A stretch of 64,000 nucleotides of DNA from a virus (taxonomy: Duplodnaviria; Caudoviricetes): positions 1 through 64,000 of IMG/VR virus record IMGVR_UViG_3300039452_000187; one strand, 5' to 3'. Position 1 is the first letter of the stretch. Each line of letters begins with the position of its first letter. Shown here piece by piece: positions 19,808 to 29,360 of this stretch. The notes under the pieces are model-generated. The model was not told the origin of the DNA. It saw only the letters and a list, made by a program, of their open reading frames with translations, and did no database searches. Both the position numbers and the translations under genes were made by a program.

Positions 19808-20449
19808 CTAATGAGACTCTTCTTCGCGCCGCACCTGCGCTTCAAGCGACGACCGCAATTCGGCCCACGAGCGCACCGCGGCAAGGATGGGCTCGTACTG
19901 GTCCGGCCCTTCTACCTCGTCCGCATGTAGGCTGTTCCAGCGGCGCGGCACCAAAATGGCGTCGCCGTGGGCCGCCCGGAATTTCGTCACCGTCTCTTCG
20001 CGGTCATCAATCAGCAAGGCGCCGGGTCCGGCCAATAGCTCCTTGTGACGAGCCAGAACGCACATACCGCTGCCCGTACCACGGCCGAAGCGCGATTGCA
20101 GCCAACGCACCTTGCCGGAGAGCGAATTGGGGTCCAAGGTCGGCGCCGTCAGGAAATAGGTATCAGCAATGTCCTGACAGCCAAGTACCAGGTCAAGGAT
20201 GCCGGGGTACGGCTCCAGGTGTTGCCAGAATCGCTCCCCTTGGGCTTCCAGGACACCATAGAAGTCATTGGGGGTCAGCCCCATTGCGGTCCAGAAGTTC
20301 CAGGACGGCTCACCTGGCTCGAGCCGAGCCCAGACCGCCGAAGGCTCGTGGCCACAGGCGCGAATTGCCGCACTGGCGAAATCGCACAGGACCCCGTCGA
20401 GGTCGAGAAAGATGCGGCGCGGCAGCGGCAACAGTGGCGGCAAAGACAT
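19808..20449 (-). CDS. HAD-family 5'(3')-nucleotidase (NT5C-like)
   Basis: IFLDLDGVLCDF, FLTAP, K..WL, LLIDDR motifs. Confidence 0.85.
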   Translation of the reverse strand: MSLPPLLPLPRRIFLDLDGVLCDFASAAIRACGHEPSAVWARLEPGEPSWNFWTAMGLTPNDFYGVLEAQGERFWQHLEPYPGILDLVLGCQDIADTYFLTAPTLDPNSLSGKVRWLQSRFGRGTGSGMCVLARHKELLAGPGALLIDDREETVTKFRAAHGDAILVPRRWNSLHADEVEGPDQYEPILAAVRSWAELRSSLEAQVRREEESH

Positions 20450-20578
20450 GACAGACACCAGAGTGTTGACCAGGGAAGAATAGGGCCGGTCCCGAAGGGT
20501 CATCCGGGACCGGCCAGGGCGAAACGCGCGGGCCAACTCCGGCCCTTCCAAGGAGATCCTTCCGCAACAACAGGCAGC

Positions 20579-21217
20579 TCAATCGACGGCGGCCGGCACC
20601 GGGCTGCAGCGCGGCGTAGCCGTCAACGGTCGCACCGGTTCAGCAACCGGCAACCGCTCGGATACGAGCCGCAGCGTGATAACGGTTTCGCCGTCGGGGT
20701 CGTAGTCGAGGGCGGGCACATCACGGAACGTCTGCCTGGACTGGCCAGTCAACCCGGTGATGCCGGAGGACAAGTTTTTGGGTGCGTCGGCATTGCAACT
20801 CCGCATCAAAAACTGTGGCTGGTCAACCGAGATGTGCGACTCGAAAATCTCTCTTGGCAATGGCCCTGAGCGCTTCTCTTCGCGGCACAGTTCCGGCCGG
20901 AACACCACATGCACCAATCCGCGATCTTCCTGCTTCACCGCCCCTACTCCAGCCGTTGCCGCTTCAGCCGAATCGCTGCGGAAGAACGTGAACCGGCCGG
21001 TATCATGGGCGGGCCGTTCGATGGTCCAGATCTGCCCGGCGCTCAGCCGGAAGCAGCCGACTTCCTTGCCGTCGACGAATACTGTCGCATCGCAGCGGCG
21101 CCGGTAGCAGTGGTTGCCCAGGCGCAGCGTGTACATCTGGCCGTGAGAGAGGACCACGTGGCCGCTGTCGCGCTCGCGGCCTTCGGGGATCATGAGGGAG
21201 AAGTTGCCAAAACGCAT
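20579..21217 (-). CDS. Conserved-looking beta-rich hypothetical protein
   Basis: YTLRLGN...VFVDGKEVG...IERP...RFTF...GLVHVVFRPE. Confidence 0.6.
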   Translation of the reverse strand: MRFGNFSLMIPEGRERDSGHVVLSHGQMYTLRLGNHCYRRRCDATVFVDGKEVGCFRLSAGQIWTIERPAHDTGRFTFFRSDSAEAATAGVGAVKQEDRGLVHVVFRPELCREEKRSGPLPREIFESHISVDQPQFLMRSCNADAPKNLSSGITGLTGQSRQTFRDVPALDYDPDGETVITLRLVSERLPVAEPVRPLTATPRCSPVPAAVD

Positions 21218-21281
21218 GGGAGAAACTCCATTGGGCGCACAGAAGGGAAAGAGCCAAGAAACTCAAGAAGGAATGGCCGGA

Positions 21282-21629
21282 TCAGTGGCCGCGAATCCAG
21301 CCATAGACGAACATGCCGAACAAACTGGCCGCTGCCACAAAAAGAAAGATGCCGACCGAAAACACGATTTCCGCCACGGACTTGGCTAACGATTCCGCCC
21401 GCTGCTCTTTCTTTTGGCTGACGTACCAATGTTCGCGCGGTTCACAGTATTTGCGCGGATCCTCGTAACAACCGGCGCACAGACTCAAAAAGCCGCCTCG
21501 CCCGCCGCTACGCTCTCGCGGCAACAGCCAGGTGGTAGCCTTGCAGCCGTCGCAGACATCTGTGACGGCAGCCACAGTCACCGTTGACTCAAGGGTAAAC
21601 TCGGCGGGGGTAGTTGGGGTGGTTGGCAC
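21282..21629 (-). CDS. Zn-ribbon membrane protein
   Basis: CDGC/CAGC plus C-terminal transmembrane segment. Confidence 0.45.
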   Translation of the reverse strand: MPTTPTTPAEFTLESTVTVAAVTDVCDGCKATTWLLPRERSGGRGGFLSLCAGCYEDPRKYCEPREHWYVSQKKEQRAESLAKSVAEIVFSVGIFLFVAAASLFGMFVYGWIRGH

Positions 21630-21880
21630 GGTACGCCTGTCGCCTTTGGCCGCGCTTCACCCTGGCGGCCTTAACGCGAATGATTTTGTTGTCGAGCTGG
21701 CTGAGCCGCCGCCGCAGCCGCTGGAGCTTCACGAATAGATTGTCGCGGCGGCGAACGAGGTCGCACAGACGCATACGCGGACTCGTGGACCAGGAAAGAG
21801 AGAACAGGCAGGGGCTACCACGGTTGGCTAAACCGAGGCCGGAACAGCGCCCCTGCCGACTGAACCAACAATGGCTCGCA

Positions 21881-22492
21881 TCAGGTGCCACTGGCGGCCG
21901 GCGGCGTCGGAGCCGGAGCCGGTGTGGGCGCCGGAGTTGGACTTGGGGGCGGCGTGGCGGCCGGGGTGTTCGCCACGACAGCAGCGGCCAGCCCATCATC
22001 ATCCGCCTTGATGGCGGTGCTCAGGTCAGTCAGCGACTGCAGCTGGGCATCGGTCGCGCCGGCCGCCTTTGCTGCAGCCGTGGCCGCGTCGAGACGGGCG
22101 CCAAACCCGTTGATGAGATCCTTGGCGCTGTCGATCGCCGACTTGTTCGCCGCGACTTGGGCCTTCAACTGGTTGATTGCATCTTGGAGGGTTGCCATTG
22201 CCTGTGCTCCTTGGTGGAAATAGGTGGTTTGCTGGGACAGTAACTGGTCGATCTTGCCGGCAAGCTGACCCCAAGGGCATGTGCGGTTCGCGTCCGCATC
22301 GGGCGCCGGGCGGCTGATGGTCGCCTGGTAGCGGCAACAAAACGGCACGCTCGTCTTTTGGCGCGCAACCTTGGTGACTACGTACCCTTGCTGCAAGTAC
22401 GTCTGCACGAGGTCCAGGAGGGCCGCCGCGCTAGTGGCTTCCAGGTTGTGCTGCTGGACGGAAGGGAGCATGCCGAGTCCCGCGCCTGCCAT
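21881..22492 (-). CDS. Ala-rich coiled-coil phage protein (start uncertain)
   Basis: MATLQDAINQLKAQVAANKSAIDSA...LAAAVVANTP with PT/PA tail. Confidence 0.6.
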   Translation of the reverse strand: MAGAGLGMLPSVQQHNLEATSAAALLDLVQTYLQQGYVVTKVARQKTSVPFCCRYQATISRPAPDADANRTCPWGQLAGKIDQLLSQQTTYFHQGAQAMATLQDAINQLKAQVAANKSAIDSAKDLINGFGARLDAATAAAKAAGATDAQLQSLTDLSTAIKADDDGLAAAVVANTPAATPPPSPTPAPTPAPAPTPPAASGT

Positions 22493-22548
22493 TGCTGCCG
22501 TTCAGGATCGTTCTACGGGCATATTAACCGACTGACAGCACGTTGTCA

Positions 22549-23364
22549 CTAGCCCGCCGCAACGATTTTCTGGCCGGTGCGCGGCCGCGCTCGTTTGGGC
22601 CGGCTTTTCCGGTAGTCCCGGATAGGCAGCGGCCGGAGCCGCATGCGCGGGTGGGCCGCCGCGTTGTAGCGCTTCGCCGCCTTCTTCGAGCCGAAGATCT
22701 GCGTCCAGACGCCGCCTTGCTTGACGGGCAGATAACCCCCGGGGAGGATCTGAAAGGGCCGGCGGCAGCGCCCGAGGTAGTCGTAGCGCGGTCGGGGGAA
22801 CGGCTCGAACCAGGCAGGCAGCACGAAATTGCTCACCGGGATGCCGTCGATGAGGAAGCTGTCGCGTTCCACGGCGTCAGCAGTCTCGTAAGCCCCGGTG
22901 GTCCCGTCCGGCATCTCAAAGGTGAGGTTGCAGCAAGGGTCGCCCAAGGCTTCGGCCAACTCGTGCGAGGCGGTGACGCTGGGCACATCGCCGTCCGTAA
23001 GGCTCGTTTGCACAAACACATGGAGCAGCGGGTAGCCGTCAGGGGTCGTATCGTGATAACCAAGGGCACCGGCCACATCCGCGTTGTCGGTGAAGACCAT
23101 TGCCCAGCAGCCCTGCTGGAACCGATCCCCAACGACCACGGTACAGGGAATGTGCCAGTATTCGGCGAACACGGCCGCGTACTTTTGCAGCACCGTGATC
23201 AGGTCCTGAAAGGACTTGGCGGCCTTCCATTGCTCGTAGGGGATGGTGGACTGGTTGATGGCCACAATCGTGACCGCTTCACCTTGGTTGAAGGCTGCCA
23301 GGGGCGGGCGGCGCACCGAGGGGGCACCAGTTTTGGATTTCCGAGTCGCTTTGGTTTTGGCCAC
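22549..23364 (-). CDS. Putative zincin-like metallopeptidase
   Basis: ALGYHD...TASHELAEALGDP...YETADAVE (HExxE variant). Confidence 0.65.
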   Translation of the reverse strand: MAKTKATRKSKTGAPSVRRPPLAAFNQGEAVTIVAINQSTIPYEQWKAAKSFQDLITVLQKYAAVFAEYWHIPCTVVVGDRFQQGCWAMVFTDNADVAGALGYHDTTPDGYPLLHVFVQTSLTDGDVPSVTASHELAEALGDPCCNLTFEMPDGTTGAYETADAVERDSFLIDGIPVSNFVLPAWFEPFPRPRYDYLGRCRRPFQILPGGYLPVKQGGVWTQIFGSKKAAKRYNAAAHPRMRLRPLPIRDYRKSRPKRARPRTGQKIVAAG

Positions 23365-23422
23365 AAGATGCCTGCGAAAAAAGTTGGGGCTGAGGGTTAG
23401 GGGCGACAGGCAGCGCTCGCGG

Positions 23423-23869
23423 TCAACTCGTCCGCGACTCCGGCTCGTCGTTGAGTTCCACGTCGAGCCGTTGCGGCTTGGGCAGGTTCATCGCCACCAG
23501 GACTGTTTGCAGCTTGAGAAGAACGCGCTGGAGCGTGTTGGCGTTCTGGTGGTTGCTGCTGTGCAAGTAGTCATCAAGCTTCTCCATCTTGTCCGTCAGG
23601 TCCGTTTCGAGCCGGTCGACGCGCGTGCCCAGATCGATCTTGAGCGAGTCCATCTTGCGGTCCAGGCTGTTAATGGCGTCGGTCAATTCTTGCTTGGTGA
23701 CGTACTGTTCTTGCCGCGACACCTGGGGGTAGAACAGCTTTTTGCCGGCCAGGAGCGTGCCGAGGATGGAGCCGACAATCGCTGTGATGGCGGCCACCCC
23801 CAGCAGCACCGTCACAATCTGGGTGTCGGTCGCGGCCGGAACCTGGCTCAAGAGCGAAGCACTGAACAT
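23423..23869 (-). CDS. Holin-like single-TM coiled-coil protein
   Basis: Hydrophobic IVTVLLGVAAITAIVGSILGTLLAG followed by a coiled coil. Confidence 0.45.
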   Translation of the reverse strand: MFSASLLSQVPAATDTQIVTVLLGVAAITAIVGSILGTLLAGKKLFYPQVSRQEQYVTKQELTDAINSLDRKMDSLKIDLGTRVDRLETDLTDKMEKLDDYLHSSNHQNANTLQRVLLKLQTVLVAMNLPKPQRLDVELNDEPESRTS

Positions 23870-23941
23870 TGCGACTCCACAAGGTTCATAAGTGGGCGAG
23901 GAGAAACACGGACACAGCAAGGCGCCGGCGGTGGCAGCTGC

Positions 23942-24319
23942 TCATGCGGCCACCAGTGCTCCCTGCACCACCTTCCACACCAAGGGCAGGATAACACCCC
24001 AGGGGAGGGACTTGATAAAGCTGCCATCGCCGAGCCGGGCCGTGTGCAGGGGCTGCAGGTGCTGGGCCAGCTCGGCACGAGCCTGGTCCAGGGTCATGTT
24101 GTCGGGCAGACGGGCCAGGGTTGGCCGGCTGGCCAAGGTAGCGGCGGGCGGGCTGTCGGTGTCGGGCAGAACGCGCGACAGGCCATAGCTCAAGACGATG
24201 ACGCCAGCGTGAACCGCTTTCGGCAGCGGCGGGCGGTTGCCGGTGAGTTCGGCCATGAGCACCGGCAGGGCACTCATGACGTCGGTTTCGTTCGGGTACG
24301 GGGGGAGGGTCGGGAACAT
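23942..24319 (-). CDS. Hypothetical protein with amphipathic C-terminus
   Basis: LPWGVILPLVWKVVQGALVAA. Confidence 0.5.
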   Translation of the reverse strand: MFPTLPPYPNETDVMSALPVLMAELTGNRPPLPKAVHAGVIVLSYGLSRVLPDTDSPPAATLASRPTLARLPDNMTLDQARAELAQHLQPLHTARLGDGSFIKSLPWGVILPLVWKVVQGALVAA

Positions 24320-24638
24320 GCGTCGGGATCCTTTCGGGCCAATGAAAAAGAAAGTGCGCTGGGTGGAAGGAATCAAAAGCGTCTCGTTGCTGGTACTGCC
24401 GGTGCTGATTGTCGCCACGGCCGGAGCGGTTGCTTCTGGCCGATCGCCTTGATACTCACCACGAGGCCACGGCGGCGGAGTTTCTGGAGTTCGGCCACAG
24501 GGACTTTGACGGCGCTGGTCTGACTGCGCAGCATGACCCGGTAAAGCTGGGGCGGCGCCAGGGCTGATTCGGTTGCGGCTTCAGCCTGGACATGCAGGCC
24601 GTTGCAGCTGGGCATCATTCTGTACGTTGTTGCCATTG

Positions 24639-26624
24639 TTATGACCCGATAATGGCCGCGCCGGCGGGGCTGAGTTTCTGTTGCACTGCCTGCACCAGGT
24701 GGGCCTTCAGCAAATCCGTCCCATAGCGGTCGGTGTGGTTTCCGTCGGTCGTGAGGTACGTTGCCGAGCTATTGTTGATGTCTAGGGCACTGATTTCGCT
24801 GGCCGACAGTCCCAAATTGAGCGGCAGCAGATAGCAGGCTCCGTCCGGGGTTGCCAACTGGTAAGCGGACCAGGCGTTCAACCAAGCGGTCGCCTGGTAG
24901 CCGTCGACGGAGCCTTGCATGGCGATGATCTTCGCGCTCGGGGCCGCCGCGCGCAAGGCCGTCAGGAATCCTTGCGCCGCCGCCTGGTAGGTCCCCTGGG
25001 CCACGGCCCGGCCGTTGACCCCCATATCCAAAATGAAAATGTAGTCCGGCGGCGTCGGGAACTGGCCGTTGACCAAGAGATTCTGACCGCTGAAATACTT
25101 GTTCCAGCTCGAGTCGGCGTCATCGTTGGGAATATAGACGCCGGGAATGTTGGTCGTCCCCACGGTCGTCAAATCCGAGCCCGGGAACGCTTTCACACCG
25201 AGTTCGGCATTGAATGCCTGTGCGAGCGCAAACGCCAAGGCGCTGGTGGCGTCTTGCGCTGCCGCTGTCGACGCATTGGACAGAATGTTCCAGCCGCACA
25301 CCCGGCTATCGCCATAGACCAGCATGTTTTTGCTCTTGGTCGCCGGAGCGGCCGTCGTGGCGCCGCTGCTCATCTGCATCCCGGTGATTTTCAGACCAAT
25401 CGTGGGCGTATTCCAGCCGTCGACGGTGGCGGTGGAACCCCGGTAGTAACAGACAATCGTGTGCGCGGTGTTGGCCAGCCCGGAGCAGAGGGACAGGCTG
25501 GACGTGCCGCTGATATTGGTGTCGACGAACGCGCCACCGTCGACAGATACTCGCAAGTAAAGTGCGTTACTGCCGAGGGCGGATGTATCAAAGAGCAGCG
25601 TCGCCGAGGTGCCGGTGAACTGGAAAATGAAATAAGCGCCAACGCAGTTGGTGAGTGCGTAACTGGAGCCGTTCAAATACCAGTTGTTCGGGGACCAGTA
25701 AAATCCCTGATCGTTGACCGCCGCCGCGACTACAAATGAGGCTGTCAGCGCGTCGGTGCTATCCCCAATTGTCAGTGTGCCGCTGGCGGTGCCGGTGTGA
25801 ATTGTGATGTTGGCCGTCTGGGCACCGACGTTGACCGAATTCGTATCGACCGAGGCTCCGGTGCCGCCGGTCGCGCTGAACGTAGTCCCGCTTGTCCACG
25901 AGGTCCCGAAGCCGGTCGCCGTGACCGCAACCGCGCTGTTGAATTCGCCCTGCGTCGGGCTGAGGGTCAACGACTGCGGCTTGTAGGTCTGCACCCGGGA
26001 CGCTTCCACGTGCGTCCCCGCCGTGCCGCCGGAGTTGGCATAGCCGATCGCGAGGCCCTGCTGACCGCTCGCATAAGTCGCGTCCGTTTGCGTGTAGTTG
26101 TTGACCACCACGCTGGAGCCGGTCACGTCAGTGACGGTCACTGCCAGGGTTGTCCCCGTGATGCTCGCATCGAGGCTGTACGAATGGCTGTTGTTATAGC
26201 TGAACGTTTGCGTCGAACCGAGCTGGTGAAGCCCATTGTTGGCATCCAGCCGGTAGAGAATCACATTCGGGGTCGCTTGGTAGTCGAGATAAACGAGGTA
26301 GCCTGTCAGTGAATTGCCGCCCTGGCCGCTACAGCGAAGCAGCGCAATGATGCTCACGCTGGTGCCGGTAGACAGTGCCCCGGCCGGCAAGGTAATGAGC
26401 ATGCGCTGGTCAGTTGTGGACTCGCCGCTGGGCCGGACCAGGAGGCTGTTGACGTAGGCGGGTGAACCGGTGCCAATGGCCTGGAGATTGCCCGAGGCAG
26501 TGCTCCAGATGTTGCCGCTGACGTCCTTCCAGCCGTTGACCAGGATTTGGCCAGCGCCCACCGGCCCGGCCGTGGGGGCAAAATCGGAGCCGGTGTTGGA
26601 GTCGTAGACGACCGCCCAGGTCAC
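24639..26624 (-). CDS. Tail-associated SGNH/GDSL esterase with lectin/Ig-like N-terminal domains
   Basis: LVYGDSRVCG, AFPGS, DMGVNG, TTDGNH blocks; Ser/Thr/Gly-rich beta domains. Confidence 0.75.
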   Translation of the reverse strand: MTWAVVYDSNTGSDFAPTAGPVGAGQILVNGWKDVSGNIWSTASGNLQAIGTGSPAYVNSLLVRPSGESTTDQRMLITLPAGALSTGTSVSIIALLRCSGQGGNSLTGYLVYLDYQATPNVILYRLDANNGLHQLGSTQTFSYNNSHSYSLDASITGTTLAVTVTDVTGSSVVVNNYTQTDATYASGQQGLAIGYANSGGTAGTHVEASRVQTYKPQSLTLSPTQGEFNSAVAVTATGFGTSWTSGTTFSATGGTGASVDTNSVNVGAQTANITIHTGTASGTLTIGDSTDALTASFVVAAAVNDQGFYWSPNNWYLNGSSYALTNCVGAYFIFQFTGTSATLLFDTSALGSNALYLRVSVDGGAFVDTNISGTSSLSLCSGLANTAHTIVCYYRGSTATVDGWNTPTIGLKITGMQMSSGATTAAPATKSKNMLVYGDSRVCGWNILSNASTAAAQDATSALAFALAQAFNAELGVKAFPGSDLTTVGTTNIPGVYIPNDDADSSWNKYFSGQNLLVNGQFPTPPDYIFILDMGVNGRAVAQGTYQAAAQGFLTALRAAAPSAKIIAMQGSVDGYQATAWLNAWSAYQLATPDGACYLLPLNLGLSASEISALDINNSSATYLTTDGNHTDRYGTDLLKAHLVQAVQQKLSPAGAAIIGS

Positions 26625-26638
26625 GGCGCGACCCTCAC

Positions 26639-27358
26639 TTAGACGTAATCCAGGTTGAGAACCAGGTCGCCGCCGGAGATGGGGCCGCTGTCGCTATCGG
26701 ACATGCCGGTGGTAAGCGCGAACGCCAACCCAGCGCGGAAGGCCACGCCGACCGGGTAGGAGCGCACGAGGCCGGTGCCGGTGCCGCCGCTGTCGCCGGG
26801 GACCATGAGCGTCTTCACCGGGACGTCGGTACCGGGGACGGGCGTGCGGGCCAGATCATAGAGATGGATAAAGCGCGCCGAAAGGTTGCGATTGAAGACT
26901 TCCAGGTCGTAGAGGGTCGCCGGCGCGGCTTTCACGACGACCGAGTTGGTCGAGAGGTTGCCGAAATAGTGATAAGGGGTGGCGCCGCTACCGACCGCCG
27001 CTGCCGGAGTGACCGTGAAACCGTCGATGCCGGGCGCGACAATCAAGGCGCCGTGCGCGGTCGCCTGGAAGTCGGTGCGCTGGCCGTCGCCATAGGTCGG
27101 TGGATTGGCGTGGTAAACCGCCCCACCCTTGACCGGGTTGCCGGTATCGGGCTGGCCGCCAGCGGTGGTGCCGCTCATTTGCGAGGGCAAGGGATTGGCC
27201 AAGCTGACGGGCACGAGGGAGGAGCCGTCGGCGGCGCCAAAGTGCAGATGCAGCACCGGCCAGTCGACGCGGACGCCGTTCACCAAGGTGCGGGTGGCGG
27301 CCACCACGAGCGAACCGGTGGGCCACGCAGCGGCGTCAGCCTGGAAGTTGTAGGACAT
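26639..27358 (-). CDS. Virion-associated protein, paralogue of the 39618-40553 C-terminal domain
   Basis: VKAAPATLYDLEVFN...FIHLYDLA..PVPGT..P...LMVP...GVAFRAGLAFA. Confidence 0.65.
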   Translation of the reverse strand: MSYNFQADAAAWPTGSLVVAATRTLVNGVRVDWPVLHLHFGAADGSSLVPVSLANPLPSQMSGTTAGGQPDTGNPVKGGAVYHANPPTYGDGQRTDFQATAHGALIVAPGIDGFTVTPAAAVGSGATPYHYFGNLSTNSVVVKAAPATLYDLEVFNRNLSARFIHLYDLARTPVPGTDVPVKTLMVPGDSGGTGTGLVRSYPVGVAFRAGLAFALTTGMSDSDSGPISGGDLVLNLDYV

Positions 27359-28297
27359 GCCGCCAGCGTAAGGCGGCTAGGAATAGAGAGGCAAAAATCA
27401 GCGAGAGGTTGTTATTTGAAGACTTACCGGCCAACCGGATCAACCCAGAATCCAAGGCCCTCGTTGACGCAGACGATGCAGGGGTAAGTACACCACCAGC
27501 AGAGCGACCGAAAGCGGCGCTCATGTTGCTGGCGGTTGGCGTCCGTAGTCATTTCTTGCCAGGCGCGATCCATCACGTAGCAGACGGTTTGCCCGAACCA
27601 AACAAAGTCAAGACGTCGAATACCACCCGGAACAGAGGGATCGAGCGCGGCCACTGGACGCCAGCAGCAGGGACAGGGAATTTCACCGACCACGGTTAAG
27701 ACAGGGTGCGACTCAGACAGCACCTGAGAGAGGACCTGCTCGGATTCCGACAGCGGCCGGCTCGCGACCCGCCGCACCTGATGGCGAATGCGGAGCAACG
27801 GACTGAACTGATCTTTGTTGCTCATTCTGTGGCCCGTGGTCGCCAGGACCGCAGCAAGCGTTCCTCAAAGATGCGCTGCCGCTTCCTGATAGTCCCGACG
27901 AGGAACCGTTCGGCCCGGTTGATACGCCAGAGCACCAGGAGCCCGACAATCCAGGAGAACCACAACAGGACGATGATCCAGGCCGGCACCCAGGCAAGGG
28001 GAATGGCGCCGGTGCAAGCCAGGTAGAACTGCGAGACGAGCAGGAGCAGCATGAGGAGCAGATAGAGCCGGATCAATCGCCGTCGGACTTGTCGCCTCAT
28101 GGGGACAGAGTGACTGTGGCGGCGTGCCGGTACTGGGGATGGGTTGTGCAATCTGTCAGAGCCACAGCCGAAGCAACAGGACTCCGGCCGCAACATCGAT
28201 CACGCCGAATCGATGCGGGTTAGTCTAGTTAACGATCGCTGAAGGGGCAAGCGAAAAAGCAGCGTTGCAAGACCCGGCAAGGCAATGACCGAAAAAG

Positions 28298-28459
28298 CTA
28301 TTTCTTTTCGGCCGGCAGTTCCCGCTTGGCCAACAAACGCAAGGCGTGCTCTAAGACAGCCGCCTGGCTGAGTCCCATCGCCGCCGCCAACTCAGCCAAA
28401 AGCTGCTTGGCCTTCTCTGAGAGCCGGAAGCTCGTCGGGTTGTTTTTGTGGTTTGACAT
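28298..28459 (-). CDS. 53-aa RHH repressor (missing from the ORF track)
   Basis: MSNHKNNPTSFRLSEKAKQLLAELAAAMGLSQAAVLEHALRLLAKRELPAEKK; AGGAGG RBS. Confidence 0.85.
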   Translation of the reverse strand: MSNHKNNPTSFRLSEKAKQLLAELAAAMGLSQAAVLEHALRLLAKRELPAEKK

Positions 28460-28478
28460 TGCCTACCTCCTGTCAGCA

Positions 28479-28561
28479 AGTGTAGTGCATTTAACGCTAT
28501 ACGTCAATCTGGAAAAATCTGCAAAACGGGGCTTGACGTGTAGTGCGTTATACGCTACATA
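28479..28561. promoter_or_regulatory. Divergent promoters, each overlapped by a 23-bp imperfect palindromic operator
   Basis: GTGTAGTGCATTTAACGCTATAC (28480-28502) and GTGTAGTGCGTTATACGCTACAT (28538-28560); TTGACG-N17-TACACT leftward, TTGACG-N17-TACATA rightward. Confidence 0.75.
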
Positions 28562-28609
28562 TAAATAGAGTGACAATGACGACCGCGAATCAAGCAAAGG
28601 AGCAACGCA

Positions 28610-28948
28610 ATGGCCCGCAAGACTCAACTTTACAAACTGGTTGCGGATATCTGCCTGTACGGCAATCACACGATCGGCGCCGGCTACCTGGTACAGTTGA
28701 CCGACGGCCGCTTGCTGGGCGACGGCGAGCCGAAAGCCGGCCGCAGCTTCACCGAGGCTGTGTGGCTGGCCTGCCGCGACGTATGCGAAGCCGGAATCAG
28801 TGCGGGTTTGGTCCGCGTGTTCGCTCCGGGCGGCCAGCGCATGGCCGACACCGATCTCAACCACCCTGGCTACTTCGGCAATCTCAAGTGGCAGCCGGCC
28901 ATCCAGTACGTGCTGAGCGTCGATGAACTGGTGGACGCGGCCAAGTAA
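28610..28948 (+). CDS. Hypothetical protein
   Basis: First gene of the rightward insert; AAGGAG RBS. Confidence 0.7.
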   Translation: MARKTQLYKLVADICLYGNHTIGAGYLVQLTDGRLLGDGEPKAGRSFTEAVWLACRDVCEAGISAGLVRVFAPGGQRMADTDLNHPGYFGNLKWQPAIQYVLSVDELVDAAK

Positions 28949-28977
28949 CCACGAGTTGCCCGTTAAGGAGAACCCTC

Positions 28978-29346
28978 ATGACCGCTATCACGACCGCCAC
29001 CGTGGCCCGCGTCCTCAGTGGGATCAAGACCACCCCACCGGCCCAGCCTGGCAACCGCTGCCGCTGGCTGGTCTCCCTGTCCGGCCGCCTTCCCGGCGTC
29101 CTGTCCATCAACGGCACCCCGTACACCGTCCTGCCCTTGGACAGCGGCTATCGCCTCAAGAACCACGCAAGCGGGGCCGAGTACGACATCGACACCGAAT
29201 GGGGCGAAGGGCAGTGGGAATGCAGCTGCCCGGATTTCCTCTACCGGCGGCAGTGGAAGGATCAGTTGGGCTGCAAGCACTGCCGGGCCTTGCGGGCGGG
29301 GCTGGCCGCCCTCAACCAAGCCGCCGCCACCAACGCGAACGCCTAA
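28978..29346 (+). CDS. SWIM zinc-finger protein
   Basis: YDID...WECSCPDFLYRR...GCKHCRAL (CxC...CxH). Confidence 0.85.
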   Translation: MTAITTATVARVLSGIKTTPPAQPGNRCRWLVSLSGRLPGVLSINGTPYTVLPLDSGYRLKNHASGAEYDIDTEWGEGQWECSCPDFLYRRQWKDQLGCKHCRALRAGLAALNQAAATNANA

Positions 29347-29360
29347 CGGAGCAAGCAACC

